A stretch of DNA of 63,743 bases, filler included, from Octopus bimaculoides (GCF_001194135.2; 5 parts of 5 records of this genome joined end to end with filler, not necessarily neighbours in it), one strand, 5' to 3'. Positions 25,210 through 40,266 are shown, numbered from the whole stretch's first letter. Notes: a model not told the origin generated them from the letters alone. Translations and numbers: made by a program.

Positions 25210-28200
25210 CGAATATGCATGCGTATATACGCACCTATATATACACAGATTAATAGATAGCGAGATACACAGATAAATGTTGGAATAGGTGTTGAATATG
25301 CGTATGTTTCTTTATACAAAGCTAATATAAATGGAAGTCATTTATAGGCAATTCGTAATTTGCGTGCAACATTTTTTATCTCATTCACAAATAGTCGCTG
25401 AAAATGGTCTCATAACGTCTTAGGCAACCTGATATATTTACCTGCTCTGAATTTCGTCGTAAAATTGTATAGATATAACACCCGTCTTTTAAAGAAGCCA
25501 TCTTCTTTATCTGGCAGAAACCTTTAACATTTTTACTACGTAATTTTGTCATCATTACGTTCTGCCTTCCCCATATTTACATCTACTCTAAAATATATAA
25601 GCTGCGGGCTAGTCCAACAGCTATATGTTATAATTTATTTTTATCGTGCAGTCGATTATTTCTGTGGCATACACATATATTTGGTGAAATTCGACAAGGA
25701 AATGATAACTTTAAGCGGTGTTTAAAGGTGATGAGTTCAATGTTGTTGTCTCTATAATGTTTTGCAAACATTATAATTCCGTCATGGTACTATTTTTATA
25801 TGTTGGTTAAGTGTTACATGAAGATTTCGAAAGCAGAAAGCGTAAATTTATTATATCTTCTATCTGTTAGCTTTAATTGTTTCAGTCATTTGGTTGTGGT
25901 CATTCCGTGGCACCGTTTTAAATGAATTCATTTTTATATTACATGAAAGGTTTATGCCACTTATTACAGGAAGAGGAGCACAATATTATTTGTTAGCAAC
26001 GTACTAAGTTCCAAATATATTCAAAGTAATTTGGTTATCACGCAAATCTAAAATTTGTTGGAACATATAGTGATAATTCCTATTTAACAATTACCCTACT
26101 CGAAAAATATTTACTTGAAATTATTGACTTGATAAAAAAAATGGACAGAACGAATTGAAAATTAGATTTTAAAAGATTCCTGCTTTAATCTGACTGAGGA
26201 GTGAGAAAATCTTATCTGGCTTTTATGATTCAAGTGTTTCCCGAGATTTGTCTTATGGAATAATGGCCATGGAAAATAACTTTCAAAAATAGGAATCATA
26301 TCATAGTAGTCGGACAATTTATCGTATCAATATCTGGAGTAAATTATTCATATTTGATTTACCTTATCGGTTAGATTCATCAAACGATCCCATCATTCAC
26401 TGCAGATCTTCTCAAAGATGGTGGCAGGTATGACTATACTTGATTGCGTTGGAAAGAAAATTTTCCAGAGTAAGTCTAGAAAAATATTCCTAAGTACATG
26501 CACGAAGTAGCAGGAGTTTCGTTGAGACAAAGTCGAAGTAGTTTCAAGAGCTAGAAAACACACACTATTTGACGAAAGTGGAAATGGCACATGTTTCCCC
26601 CACATAAAATACTTTTGACGCTGAAACCTACTTGATATCTACTCATATTTCTGTTACTGTCAGCAATGTGAGAAAGAAATTACAATATTATATCGTACCT
26701 AAGTGTGTAGGCAGCTCAGACAATATGGATGGCCAAGTCCACAGGATTGCATGAGTGATATTTATGTTAATTTCTGTTAATAGTGTGATGTTTAACGCGA
26801 CATTAGTGTATTTTTGTTTATACCGTAAGTTATATATTCGATTTACAATCACTTTTATATATATGCATTTGTATATGTTTGTTTGTTACTTAACAGATTT
26901 CTTATTAAATTGAAGCAGAACATTTCTAGCAATCAAATAATATTACCCGGGCAGAATTTAATAACAGCAGCAATAATCATTACAGTTGAAAAATGGAGAA
27001 TATATATAAATATATGTTTTGTTGTTTAGATGTTGTTTTTGAAATCAGCGCGTTAGCTTTAATTTTTGCTTGAAACCGACATCCATGCTTTTATATACTG
27101 TCACTTAATATGCGTTTCTATTTGTGTTTATGTAATCATAAAGCAGGCGCACACACAGTCATGACTTTGTAATTACCTGCAAAATTTAAAACATTGAACT
27201 CTTGTGCTGTCCATGTTATTAATTGTTGTATATAGTTAAACTCACTTTAAAAAAAAAATAGATGAAAATTATTTATCATTGCTATTTTTCTTTGTGTCTG
27301 AAGAGCCATTTGCATGTGTCGAAAGGAACATTAACATATCTATAAGCAGATATTTCCGCGGTAGTCCTTCGTTAGTTTTGCGTTTTTTTTTTTGTTTTTT
27401 TTTTCTGTGGAATTTGAATGTCTGGCAGGAAGGGCTTCTGATAACTTTATGCTCACTAAATCTTCGTGTTTAGCTTAAGCCATTCCCGTCATTGTTGGGT
27501 TTTGTTTTACCATATTTAAGTGCTGATTGTTTTTTATACGTTGTCTAACTCATTTTAGAATCTTATAGGTGTCCTTTTGAATTGTAAATGCAAGTTTATT
27601 TTCTTCATTGAAGTTCATTTCTGATTTATTTTCTTCTTCACTTCCATGTCACGTTGTTTTGCAATATTGTAATTTAGAGAAATTTAATACAAATTAACCT
27701 CTGTGCAATTATGGATGCCCTTGTAAACGTAAAGGTTTTTATAATTCTTTCTAAGTCTGTTTTCTTTTTCAAGCAGTTTGCTTGCGTGTTCAAGATTGTA
27801 TAAGATACTTCCCCGGTATCTTTGTGCTTATATATTTCAATATCTGATGTTTGACTCAGCATAACTATATCTATTTTAGAATATATCCTCAACAAGACTC
27901 AAAAGACCTGCAAGTAGTTCTTTCTTTGGAAATTTTCCAGATTTAAAATCTGATATTCCTAGTAATTTATTATTATTCTATTTCTAGATGCTTACACATT
28001 TTCTTTCCTATATTGCTCTTTCGGCATCTTTTGAAGGAGGTTTCATATGTTTGCTGAAATTAAGAAAGTTATAGCGACTAAATATTCAGATCCCGAACGA
28101 TAATAATATACATGCAACACACTCTCAATATTCGCAGTTTGTACTGTGGACGTTCTAAACTGCATTCTCTATACTTGTAGTACCGTTGTCTGGTAACTAA

Positions 28201-29635
28201 ATGACATGACTTTCTGCTAAATTAGGGAACAGGAATTTTTTAATGAATGACAACGTCATTTGTATTTATTCACATGTTTATAAATACCACCCCTTTTAAA
28301 CTGCAAATAAATCGAAGTCATTAGTGTGGAAGACATAGTCTTCGGGAAATAAGAAGGAGGCGTATGCACACGTAAATACATTTTTTATGCTTCTAAATGT
28401 TGGCAGGTTTGTATATGATTCTGATAAATAAAGACATTGTTTTGGTGAGCTGTTTCAATGTTTTGAATGGCACTTACTCAGTATGTCAAAAAGGTTCAAG
28501 AATGCCTCCAGCTCTTGACTCCTGTATAGTATCGTGAAAATATACCTTCACAAAAAACATTTTTGAAAATTACCGCAATAAAAAGACTCGCTTTCTGAAT
28601 TTTTGAACATTGTCATAAGCTGTAGTAAAATTTGATTTTGATATTTTCGAAGTGGCTGAATTATCAGTAATTTTTTGTAATTAATGTAACAAAGGGACTC
28701 AACCAAGTATGCGGCTTTCTTCCTATGTAAACAATAATTCAAAAGAAATGGTTTCGAATAATAATTACAGTATTGGTGAACATGATTTATATTTGCTGCA
28801 ATTTTTTATTTTCTAATTTCACATTCTGAAGGGATAGATTTTTCTGACAAAATTCCGAGGTTATCAATTTTTAAAGAATCGTGTAGAATTGAACTAACTC
28901 TCACTCCGACAAATTTCTAACCTTAAATGCAGATTACACATCATAAAGCGGTGGATGGCAGAAACGGTATCGGATTTATTTACAATAAGCATGTTAAGTA
29001 TTGAGTTCGAAATTAACAGAAATAATCTGTGAGTCCGTGGATTATGAAATCTAGTAAAATCCATGTGATGAAATAGATTTCACAGAAATGTTAATGCTAT
29101 TGCCCTTGTTGTTTATTTCTTCTTCTTCTTCTTCTTCTTCTTCTTCTTCTTCTTCTTCTTCTTCTTCTTCTTCTTCTTCTTCTTCTTCTTCTTCTTCTTC
29201 TTCTTCTTCTTCTTCTTCTCGATCCTCTCTTCCTCCACTGCTACCCTCTCCTTCAATCCTTTCCCCTGTCAAAACATCAGATATAGTGCACTGCATTTCT
29301 TTATAACACGCTACATTCTAGTTTGTTATCCTGCTTATGGTGTAATGTGTTTAAATTGTTAATTACCGTATGCCATGTCTACTCTTAAAACTCCTAAGCC
29401 AGCCTTGGCTAAATTTCATATCTCTTGTGATATTCAACTCCTACTTAAGAAACCTATCTTTCGCAATTAGCGTTGGTCCCGATAGTGCTATAACGTCATT
29501 TCGCTTCGATAAAAACCATTTATGTAATATTTTATCGAATTCAACTTGCTTTTCAATACAATAAGATACTCTGAAAAGAAATAGAATATACAGACAGTCG
29601 GAATTGTCATTAGTTAATCTATCAATCACACGATA

Positions 29636-30205
29636 ATAAGTTGTCCGAAAAGTTCGTGCCGATTTTTAAAGGCAAGAAAAAGGTCAAGGAATACTTGCCA
29701 TTACATTTTTAACTAACCAAATATGAAGCGTTTTGTTGCACAATGCGTCTACATCATTCTTTTAACTTTAAAATACCTTCCTACCAGAATTGAGGTGGTT
29801 TCATGGCAAGATTTTATCAAGGTATCTCTTCACATCATCTAAGATATTGAACTTTTTACCATTAAGACTATCCTGCAGAGATCTGAATAAGTGGAAATCC
29901 GAAGGAGCAATATCTGGCAAATATGCAGGGTGGGGTAACACATCCCAACCGAGCTGCAGCGATTTTTGTCTGGTTCCTAAAGAAACGTGCGGTTTTGCAT
30001 TATCACGCTGGAAAACAACACCCTTCGTGTTGGCCAATTCTGGACGTTTCTCTTGAATTTCTGCTTTTAACTCGTTCAGTTGTGTGCAGTATTTCTCAGA
30101 ATTAATTGTCTGGTTACTTGGGAGAGGCTCATAACACAGAATTCCTTTCCAATCCAACCAGACACAAAGCAAGACTTTTTTTAGGGTGAAGACCCGCTTT
30201 TGGGG
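29636..30205 (-). mobile_element. mariner (Hsmar1/SETMAR-like) transposon, 3' half with one TIR
   Basis: KVLLCVW...QRDNAKPH...HPAYLPDIAPSDFHLFRSL (D..D34D C-terminal motifs). TIR-like ataagttgtccgaaaagttcgtgccgatttt after a TA at 29634. Confidence 0.92.
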
Positions 30206-30229
30206 TGGCCTAGAAGGGCTCACGTTGCT

Positions 30230-32510
30230 TACTCCAGGATCCCTTTCTCTGAACATAGGAGGAACATAGTTACAATCTGGTTAGACTACAAGAAAGATTT
30301 TGACTGTGTTCTCCGCTCATGGAAGCTAGAAGCCCTTCCACTTGCTAAAGTTCGTGTGAGAACAGTCAAAGCTATAGCTGACCTGACTTCATCGTGAGCT
30401 ACCATCTTGAAATTAAACACAATGTGCGACTGTATTATCACCGAAAGAATACAATATTGCATAGGTATATTCTAAGGTGACATCCTCGCTTTGATGTTGT
30501 TTATACTTTATGTAAACCGCTTGTTATTCATGTTAAGGAAATCTGAAGGATATCTCACTGGTTCACAAGGAAACAGAAGTACCAAACTTACACATTGTTT
30601 CTTTGTGGATGACTTAAAACTTTGTGCAAAGAATATGCATGAGATAAAATACAGCTTTCTCCTGTTTACAACATTCACAAAGGATGTAGGGTTAGAGTTT
30701 AGTCAGGATAACTATTGTTATATGTTTGTGATAAGGGGGCTCAACTATAAACCAGACTAGTAACATCTCCACCAATGATTCGATTGTTTCTCTTGTATGT
30801 TACAAAGAATATTACAAGTATCTAGGGGCGGATAAAAATGTAATTGAGAATGGAACCTGTAACAAAACACGTGTTACTAAACAGTATTATAGCTGAATAA
30901 AGAAACTTTGGACCTCAGAACTCTCTGTATTCAATAAAACACTGACCAACAATGTACTTCAAGTGACAGTACTCATACCAACTTTTGGGCTGCTTGATTG
31001 GACGATTGAAGAGATCCGTGCCGTTGATGTGCAAACCCTAAAAATACTAAGAAGCACCTATAATTTTCACATAAACAGTGACGTAAACCGCCTCTACGTA
31101 AAACGAAAACAAGGCGGCAGAAGCTTAGCATCGATCCAAAATGCCTTTGAATATCGCATCATATCCCTTCGGCAACATCTTTTAACCACCATGTGGCGAA
31201 GTGCATCCTTTGACCAAGTTTACTTACATGAGGATGATAACATTATAAGACTTGGAAAGCAGCTCCCTCAGCAACGCTCCTTGAGCAACGCTCCTTGAGC
31301 AACGCTCCTTGAGCAACGCTCCTTGAGCAACGCTCCTTGTCTGATAACCTAGAATACATGCCCTAATTAGTCGCACGACTCTACCGCAGCGTATCATCAG
31401 ACGAAAAGATGAGCCTGTATGAGCAGAAGACTAAGCATGAATATGTTAGTAGAAAGCTCCGTGATGATAGTAACATCGATCATTAAAGCGGTTTATCATG
31501 GATAATAGCCGGATTACTACCTCCCACTTTAAGGGGTATGCGTTTGCAATCCAGGAAGAGGAAATATCAACCAAATACCTGATGCAAAAAAGGGATAGAG
31601 ATGCAGGAAAAGTCGTAAAGTTTGACAACCCATGCAGACTTTGTGCAGTTCACACTGAAGATATCCTCCACATCATAAATAGTTGTCCGAAAATCTTATC
31701 TCGCTACTATCTACCAATGAGACACGATATTGTAGCTAGGAGACTCTATAATGAAATCTGTGGGAAGGATAATCCTGTGGACGAAGAGATAAGAACCCAC
31801 AATATGGTAGATGCCATAGTCACTCATATTAAAGAGGAATACTGGTGGATTGTACCAGTGAAGACCTCAATAAAATTTTAGCACAACAGCTGACATAATG
31901 ATTAGTGAGAGAGAAGAGAAATTGTGCACAGTTGTGGGAATTAGCTGCCCAGCGGATGTTAACATAAAACTGAAGATCAGTGAAAATGTGAACACCTATG
32001 CTGAACGATTGAGAAATCTGCAGTTACTCTATCCAGATTGGAAGTTCAGGTTCATATCTATAATTATTGCAGCCCTGGGATATGTAACGCACTGCCTAAC
32101 TACCAATCTTGAGAAATTTGGCTCCTCAAAGACAGAAAGAAGATATCTAATTTGAAGACTACAGAAATAATCCATCACTGGAACTCTAAAAACCTGTAAA
32201 ACCTTCCAGAAGTTCATCATTTAAATATATATGAGCATGACTTTATATGCAACTATAGGCATTAGAGTACATACATAAAACATACAAATCTCCACATACA
32301 TACATTCATACATATATGCATACATATATACATATATTCATACATACATTCATACATACATGCATACATACATACATACACACATACATACATACATAAA
32401 TACACTGTTGTTGATGTTGAAATTCTAATGAAGGGACCTTGGACCTAGGTTCTCTCTCTATTGGCAAGAAATCTTGAAAGTAACTGAATAATGACATGCG
32501 TGCATGCATA
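30230..32510 (+). mobile_element. decayed R4/Dong-like non-LTR retrotransposon (RT, CCHC knuckle, RLE, 3'UTR) ending in (CATA)n
   Basis: WLDYKKDFD, FFVDDLKL, RLYVKRKQGGRSL, CRLC...HIINSC...RHD, DIMI...ISCP motifs across several frameshifts. Confidence 0.92.
31270..31339 (+). repeat. perfect 14-bp x5 tandem repeat (agcaacgctccttg) inside the R4/Dong ORF
   Basis: Five identical units read directly. Confidence 0.95.
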
Positions 32511-33069
32511 CATACATACATACTTACATAAGTGATTTTGATAAAGAAATTTTCATAAGAAAAGCTGAATACACTGAACTAAAAAGATCGGAGCCTTACA
32601 ACAGTATGCCTTGAATATAGGAAGGCGTTTATTTCTATTCAAGACTGTCTTAATTAGTGTCATCTTAATTACTGCTATTGAGAGGCGCACAAATCCTGGG
32701 CAACAATTCTTACACTTACAACTATGAACCATTGATGCATAGATTGTTTCTAATATGATACATATTTCACAGGGAATATTCTAATGAGACTGTCTGTCTG
32801 AAACTCTGTTCATTTTGACATTAAATCCATGATTGTTCCTGCTACAAAAATCAAACAGCCAGATGCTTGAGTCCCCAACTGCGAGATATATTACCATAGT
32901 CCATAATTTCAATATCGATGATATGCACGTTAATATACCAAAAAGCAGTGGGAATTAATATCTTTTTCAGTAGATATAGGAATGGAATCTTCATATTCGA
33001 TTGTTGAACGGGGAAAATCTGTCTCCACAACACAAACCTGTGCATCAATAGTTTTACTATATTTCCTGA

Positions 33070-33320
33070 TCCACACAATGAATGTAACAACGACTTAGGC
33101 ATTCATGAAAGTATATCGTAGGAAAGTATTGTTAATAAAGATATAGCGACCTGAAAATATTATGAAACAATTACAAAAATATGGCAGTTGGAAATCTGCT
33201 CTTACAACAAGAAAATACCACACAATGCATTTACAGAACAATTGATGATTCCCGTATTTGAGACTCTTGACTGGTCTATAGAAGGGATCCAAGCCATAGA
33301 ACTTAAAATGCTACTGGTTA
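33070..33320 (+). mobile_element. short R4/Dong-like RT-region fragment
   Basis: IPVFETLDWSIEGIQAIELK resembles IPTFGLLDWTIEEIRAVDVQ at 30963. Confidence 0.6.
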
Positions 33321-35317
33321 CAGAATTAAATAGGTTAGTGTCGGTATTTTCTTCTAAACACGCGTGCTACTGTCAATGCAACAACGACTAATGTAATCTA
33401 TGAGAAACAAGATCCATTATATTCCACGTTGTTGCAATTCCCTGTGTCACTAAATTTGCTGTTACTAAGATTTATCCGTTGAAATGTATAAATGAAACAA
33501 ACTAGCTCTGTATAATACGATTGGTATGCGTCTAAAATTCAGTCTATCAGAAAATGGGCTGGATGGAGAATTCCTAGTTGATGAATGGACGCATTCACCG
33601 TCTTTATGAATGGCATGGCCATAGTGTTTGTTAGATAACCTGCTTTGGTCGAAAGAACACAGGGTGTCGTCTGATTTAAGTGGGTCACTGTTTTGTCAGA
33701 AAATTCTGGAGAACAAAATCTAGGATATACACACTGATGCTGTATACAAATATACATATGGATACGTAACAATTTAAATAAACTTACGCGCACTGACGAC
33801 CATATAGGTATGCAATATACCGTATATACGTACATAATGTGTTTACTCATATCTCTCCGGTTCTCGTTCATTCTCCCTTCACTGTACATATACAAGCAAA
33901 CAACATCATACAGACAATGAACGCATAAATTTGAGCGTTTCTCTATATGCACGTGATTGTTTGTTTTGTTCAGTATCGTATTGTTTAAACAGAAGCATAA
34001 GGCACTATAAACATTTGATGAATCTTGGTATTGATCAACGTTAGCTTAAATTCTTTGGAGGTTTTGGATATTTAAATGAAATGCTTAAACTTTCAAATAT
34101 TTTTCCTATATTTATGATGAATAATGAGCAGACTGTAGTAACGTGCTCACAATTAGTTTTGTTTTTGCAAAACCACAAGACAATAAATGTGATTAAATCA
34201 GTTATGTTTGACAATATTGGAATTCAATTTATAAATAAACTCTTTATTAAGGAGGTAAATGTTACTACACAAATAAATTTATAGTTCATTATACATTTAT
34301 CAAAACTTTAGAATTTCAAATATTGAAATATATATTTAAAATATATATGTGTGTCTATGTGTGGTACGAATATATATATATATATATATGTGTGTTTTTG
34401 TGTGTGTGTGTGAGTGTGTGTGTGTGAACGTATCTTCATATGTGTGGGTGCGTGCTTGCGTGTGTGTGTGTGTGTGTATGTATGAAAGTATGTGTATACG
34501 CATATGTTATTAAAATATAATTATGAAATGAATGTAGTTAAATGATATTCAAACCAACAAATCCTTAATTTTCCTAATCTGAGATTATGCGAAGATTACG
34601 AGCAATGGGGACGTATTGCTAATGTTTTAATTACATGAAATCATATTTCTAAAGGCATTCCATATGCTAGTGGTATGCTAGTGACCCATATACACAGATT
34701 CCAAATGACTCGTAATGTAAGTACAGAAATAATGATCTACTTTAGATATCTCATTCAGCTGTCAAAACACTAAGGATTCTAAAATATGACAAATATCGAG
34801 GAAAATTTATAATGTACAAAAGTTTAATTATAAATTCAAATAAGAATGTTATGGAATCAATATACATGTAAGAAATGTCGGATTGTGACTCCTCACTGTA
34901 TGGAAGAACCCACATATTTATAAAATCTCTCACACGGTAACACATGATCGCACTCCGAAATCCAGACATCTACACGCAAACAGAACATCGCATGTGCATA
35001 ATTTTGTCTCTCTACATCTCTCCAATACGTTCTTCTCTCTTTCGCTCTCTCTATCTCCCTCTCTCTTTCTCTCTCTCCCCCTTCTCTCTCTCTCTCTCTC
35101 TGTCTCTCTATCTATCTGTATCTCTCTCATTTTGTCTCTCCCTGCGTGAGTACGTGCCCTTTCTTGACCTATGCATATACCTTTCATATCCATTCCTGTT
35201 TTCTGATTTTCAATTTATAATTGTCGTCTGCTTTTCTATCTTTGTCTTTCATGTAAATTTTCATTCGTTCTCACCGTTCCCTCTGTCTCTCCCTATGTCT
35301 GTCTGCTTGTCTTTCTA

Positions 35318-35350
<33 letters not shown>

Positions 35351-35594
35351 GTCTATCTGTCTGTTTGTCTCTGTCTGTCTGTTTGTCTGTCTGTCTCAAT
35401 CTATATCTCTGTCTCTCTCCCTCGCTCTTTCTGTTTATCTATCACACGCATGTCTTGTTAAATATATGATCAACTGCATTTAAACTGAAATTATTCGGGA
35501 ACAGCCGAAGTATTCTCTTGTTCTTTTTCATTTATAAGCAGACCATAAAGAAGTTATCGTGTACCAACTGTTTAAAGGAATATCGCATTTGTCT

Positions 35595-35882
35595 TACAGT
35601 CACCAACAGTTAATTTTAATTAATTGGCTACAGCTAAGATCTTTCTCAGCAGTATGTTTCTTATATGTAGGCCAAAATAGAATCGAAGAAATACTACGTC
35701 AACATACATAATACAAATGGAACTACCTTCAGAATCGTGGGAGTGCGTTTACGTCCGCCGTAGCATAAACGATGAAAATTCTCGAAATACGAAGGAACAG
35801 GCATTGCCAAATTTGTATATGTTAGTTTGTATGGATATTTTACAACCATATATTCATATAATGATGATAATATTGATGATGA

Positions 35883-35940
<58 letters not shown>

Positions 35941-35941
35941 C

Positions 35942-35994
<53 letters not shown>

Positions 35995-35995
35995 C

Positions 35996-36032
<37 letters not shown>

Positions 36033-37040
36033 TAATAATAATAATAATGATAATAATAATAATAATAATGAAGACGAAGAGCACGATTCGATTGCAAAAT
36101 ATTTTATTAGTTGAACGATATTTCAACAGTACGTCTGTCATTGTCAAGTTCAAAATAAGAAGCGATCAAAATTCAAAATTACAGAAATTTAAACGTAAAG
36201 TATGCACGAGAGCAACCAGCGTCCACACGTTGATGGAATGTCATCATCAGTTTTTAAGTTACAATTTTATAACAGACGAAAAGAAAAAGACAGAAAAAAA
36301 ACAGAAAAAAGAAAAGAAGCTGAAAATAGATGATTTCCCATTCCACTGAGCAAGGGAGCATTTTGGTTGAGAACATTTGCTTTGAAATCTGAGAAGTCTT
36401 TTTTTTTTTTACTGTCAGAACAAATGTTATGTAATAAACTCATTGACGTCGGGTTGAAAATCGTAACAGAACATTTTCAAGAAATTCCAATCACAACCAA
36501 CCACTTTTTCTCACACGGAATTTCTAACATACAATCCACACCTCACACTGTTTATTCATCACACCAGGAACAATCGGTTTGTTTTCTCAACCAATTTTTT
36601 CGGAGATGTTTATATTTATAACATTTCGAATTTACGAGTTTCGTAGCAGCTAATGGCACATATAGCGACGTTGTATTCACCACAAACAAACATTATTCCT
36701 ACAATACAACACGTTCATATAATTATCTTGCATGGATTATTACGATCACCAGCCGTTGATTTAAATTGATTGGCTTATTCAATCAACTTCGCTACAGCTA
36801 ATATATATTTCTCAGCTGTATGTTTCTTATATGTAGGCCAAACTAGAATCGAAGAAATGCTACGTCAGCATACATAATAGAAAAGGAAATACCTTCAGCA
36901 TCTTGAGTGTGTTTACGTCATAGCATAAACAATGAGAATTTCTCGGAATACGAAGGAACAGGCATTGTCAAATTGGTATATGTTAGTTTATATGGACGTT
37001 TTACTACCACATATTAATATAATGATGATCATGATGACGA
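35595..37040 (+). repeat. local diverged direct duplication (about 35595-35885 vs 36741-37040), each copy followed by (AAT)n
   Basis: Shared blocks such as gtatgtttcttatatgtaggccaaa, tagaatcgaagaaat and aatacgaaggaacaggcattg. About 80% identity by eye. Confidence 0.85.
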
Positions 37041-37087
37041 TAATAATAATAACAATAATAATAATAATGATAATAATAATAATAATG

Positions 37088-37142
<55 letters not shown>

Positions 37143-37176
37143 CAACAACCATAAAAATAACCATAATAATAACAGT

Positions 37177-37233
<57 letters not shown>

Positions 37234-37251
37234 CATAATAATAAATAAAAT

Positions 37252-37805
37252 GCCCTGATGCAGTACCAGGCAGTGGCTCCCATGGCTTCTGATCTTAATT
37301 GAATGGAAGTGGTATCATGTACATTGTTTTCTCTTGGTATAAAAGATGGGCTACAGCAAATATTCTGCTTAATACCACAGATTTGCTTGTCAGTTGTTGG
37401 ACCTTAACCAGTTGAGCATGTCCCTTGGTGGCTGACGATGTGCGCATCTCTTATCACGAGCAGAAGTAGTGGGGGAGCATCATAGCCATGTGTTGAGCGG
37501 AATTCTTTGGGGTTTTAATAATTCACCTTTGGAAACATAGGTGTTTTGCTCAACATCCTTAAACAGACCTTATTCAGGGATTTTTTGAACGGGATGGGCT
37601 GCTCGACCTGAAGAAAATTCTAACTGGGCTCCACCTACGAAGTCATGCGTTGTTTATCTTGATATCAGATCACCATGTCGCGCACATATGGTTGTGATGC
37701 ACGTGCCTGGTGTACCCTTATCAGACGGGTAGTCATGATGGGTCTATTGGGTTTCGTATATTTTACCTCAGTGTCACTTTGATGGCATGCACTGCTCTCT
37801 CACTC
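37252..37805. mobile_element. about 550-bp non-coding element embedded in (AAT)n; second, truncated copy at 38372-38858
   Basis: Two colinear copies, both flanked by (AAT)n and sharing the end gtgtcactttgat.gcatgc.c.gctctctcact. No ORF or TIR seen. Confidence 0.75.
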
Positions 37806-37841
<36 letters not shown>

Positions 37842-38250
37842 NNNNNNNNNNNNNNNNNNNNNNNNNNNNNNNNNNNNNNNNNNNNNNNNNNNNNNNNNNN
37901 NNNNNNNNNNNNNNNNNNNNNNNNNNNNNNNNNNNNNNNNNNNNNNNNNNNNNNNNNNNNNNNNNNNNNNNNNNNNNNNNNNNNNNNNNNNNNNNNNNNN
38001 NNNNNNNNNNNNNNNNNNNNNNNNNNNNNNNNNNNNNNNNNNNNNNNNNNNNNNNNNNNNNNNNNNNNNNNNNNNNNNNNNNNNNNNNNNNNNNNNNNNN
38101 NNNNNNNNNNNNNNNNNNNNNNNNNNNNNNNNNNNNNNNNNNNNNNNNNNNNNNNNNNNNNNNNNNNNNNNNNNNNNNNNNNNNNNNNNNNNNNNNNNNN
38201 NNNNNNNNNNNNNNNNNNNNNNNNNNNNNNNNNNNNNNNNNNNNNNNNNN

Positions 38251-38371
<121 letters not shown>

Positions 38372-38859
38372 TGTTTTGTCTTGGTCTTGTCTTGGTTTTG
38401 TCTTAGAAAAGAAGGGTTACAGCAAATATTCAGCTCACAGATTTGCTTGTCAGTTGCTTGACCTTAAACAGTTGAGTATGTTCCATGGTGACTGAAGATA
38501 TGTGCATCTCTGATCACGACAGAAGCAGTGGGGGGAGCACCATAGCCATGTGTTGAGAGAAATTCTTTGGGGTTTAGATACTTCGCCTCTGCAAACATGG
38601 GTGCTTTGTTCATGACCTTTAAAGAACACTTATTCAGGGACAGTTTGAGTGGGATGGGTTACTCGACAGGAAATTCTTACTGGGCACCAATTTCAAGGTC
38701 ACACGCTGTCTATCTTGGTATAAGTTGGCTGTTGCGCACAAACGGTGGTGATGTATATGAATGATGTACTCTTGTCAGACGGGTAGTCATGATGGGTATA
38801 CTGGCGTTCGTATATTTTACCCCAGTGTCACTTTGATAGCATGCCCGCTCTCTCACTTA

Positions 38860-38917
<58 letters not shown>

Positions 38918-38927
38918 CAACAACACC

Positions 38928-38974
<47 letters not shown>

Positions 38975-38981
38975 CGACGAC

Positions 38982-39014
<33 letters not shown>

Positions 39015-39015
39015 A

Positions 39016-39047
<32 letters not shown>

Positions 39048-39062
39048 AATAATAATAATAAT

Positions 39063-40262
39063 ATGCCAACACTATGCCAACACTATGAAATAACAACGGA
39101 AAAAAGATGGTATAAACACACGCCAGAAAAGGTCACAGAAAACGAGAAAGCAACCATACTCTGGGATATGCCAATACACAGAGATAGAGAAATTAAGGCA
39201 AATAGACCAGATAGAGTTGTCAAAGATCATGAAGAAAAAAAATGCTTTCTAATTGATGTATCAATACCAGCAGATGGCAACGTTTCTCGAAAAGAAATGG
39301 AAAAACTTTCAAAATACAAAGACCTGGAAATAAAGATAACTCGAATGTGGAGTCTAAAAACAGAAACATTTCCTATCATAGTAGGTGCCTTACGTATAAT
39401 AAAAAAATATTCAGACAAATACATAACAAAACACCAGGACTTACAAATATATATAACATACAGAAAATTGCACTACTGGGTACTGCACACATCCTTCGCA
39501 AAACACTTTCAATACAGTAAACATAAGAGCACCACAGCAAACCACAGAACATACCCAAGNNNNNNNNNNNNNNNNNNNNNNNNNNNNNNNNNNNNNNNNN
39601 NNNNNNNNNNNNNNNNNNNNNNNNNNNNNNNNNNNNNNNNNNNNNNNNNNNNNNNNNNNNNNNNNNNNNNNNNNNNNNNNNNNNNNNNNNNNNNNNNNNN
39701 NNNNNNNNNNNNNNNNNNNNNNNNNNNNNNNNNNNNNNNNNNNNNNNNNNNNNNNNNNNNNNNNNNNNNNNNNNNNNNNNNNNNNNNNNNNNNNNNNNNN
39801 NNNNNNNNNNNNNNNNNNNNNNNNNNNNNNNNNNNNNNNNNNNNNNNNNNNNNNNNNNNNNNNNNNNNNNNNNNNNNNNNNNNNNNNNNNNNNNNNNNNN
39901 NNNNNNNNNNNNNNNNNNNNNNNNNNNNNNNAATAATAATAATAATAATTACTCACTGGAATATGTGCCGCAAATACACTTTCCTGGCACAGAAAGAAAC
40001 ACGGCCAAGGGAACAAAAAGAATGTAGGAAGAGTTTTCAGGGTGCCAAGGATCAACCACCTGGTCATCGATGACAAAAACACTAGGATTTACAAATATAT
40101 ACAACATTCAGAAAATTGCACTATTGGGCACTGTACACATCCTACGCAAAACACTTTCAATACAGTAACCATAAGTGCATCACAGCATACCGCAGCACTT
40201 GCCCAAGGCACACAGAACTGCGCTCGGTCGTGAAGAGAAAGCACGTTAAAAAAATAAAACTA

Positions 40263-40266
<4 letters not shown>
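39063..40266 (+). mobile_element. two 5'-truncated Dong-like RLE 3' ends in (TAA)n (39063-39559; 39950-40266 with internal deletion)
   Basis: WYKHTPEKVTENEKATILWDMPIH...NRPDRVV...LIDVSIP...EKLSKYKDL...PIIVGAL. 3'UTR ends ctactg then (aat)n. Confidence 0.9.

Noticed and set aside
26390-28750. Coding-looking minus-strand stretches (LLKLLRLCLNETP..., GKFPKKELLAGLL..., IIQPLRKYQNQ...); also 32850-33050 and 33540-33720
   Set aside because: Every frame hits stops, no consistent splice chain was found and no motif was recognised. Not supportable without a homology search.
37700-37760. CTGATAA on the minus strand of the AAT-embedded element as a hammerhead
   Set aside because: G8 is absent and no stem II/GAAA/stem III arrangement can be built in either copy.
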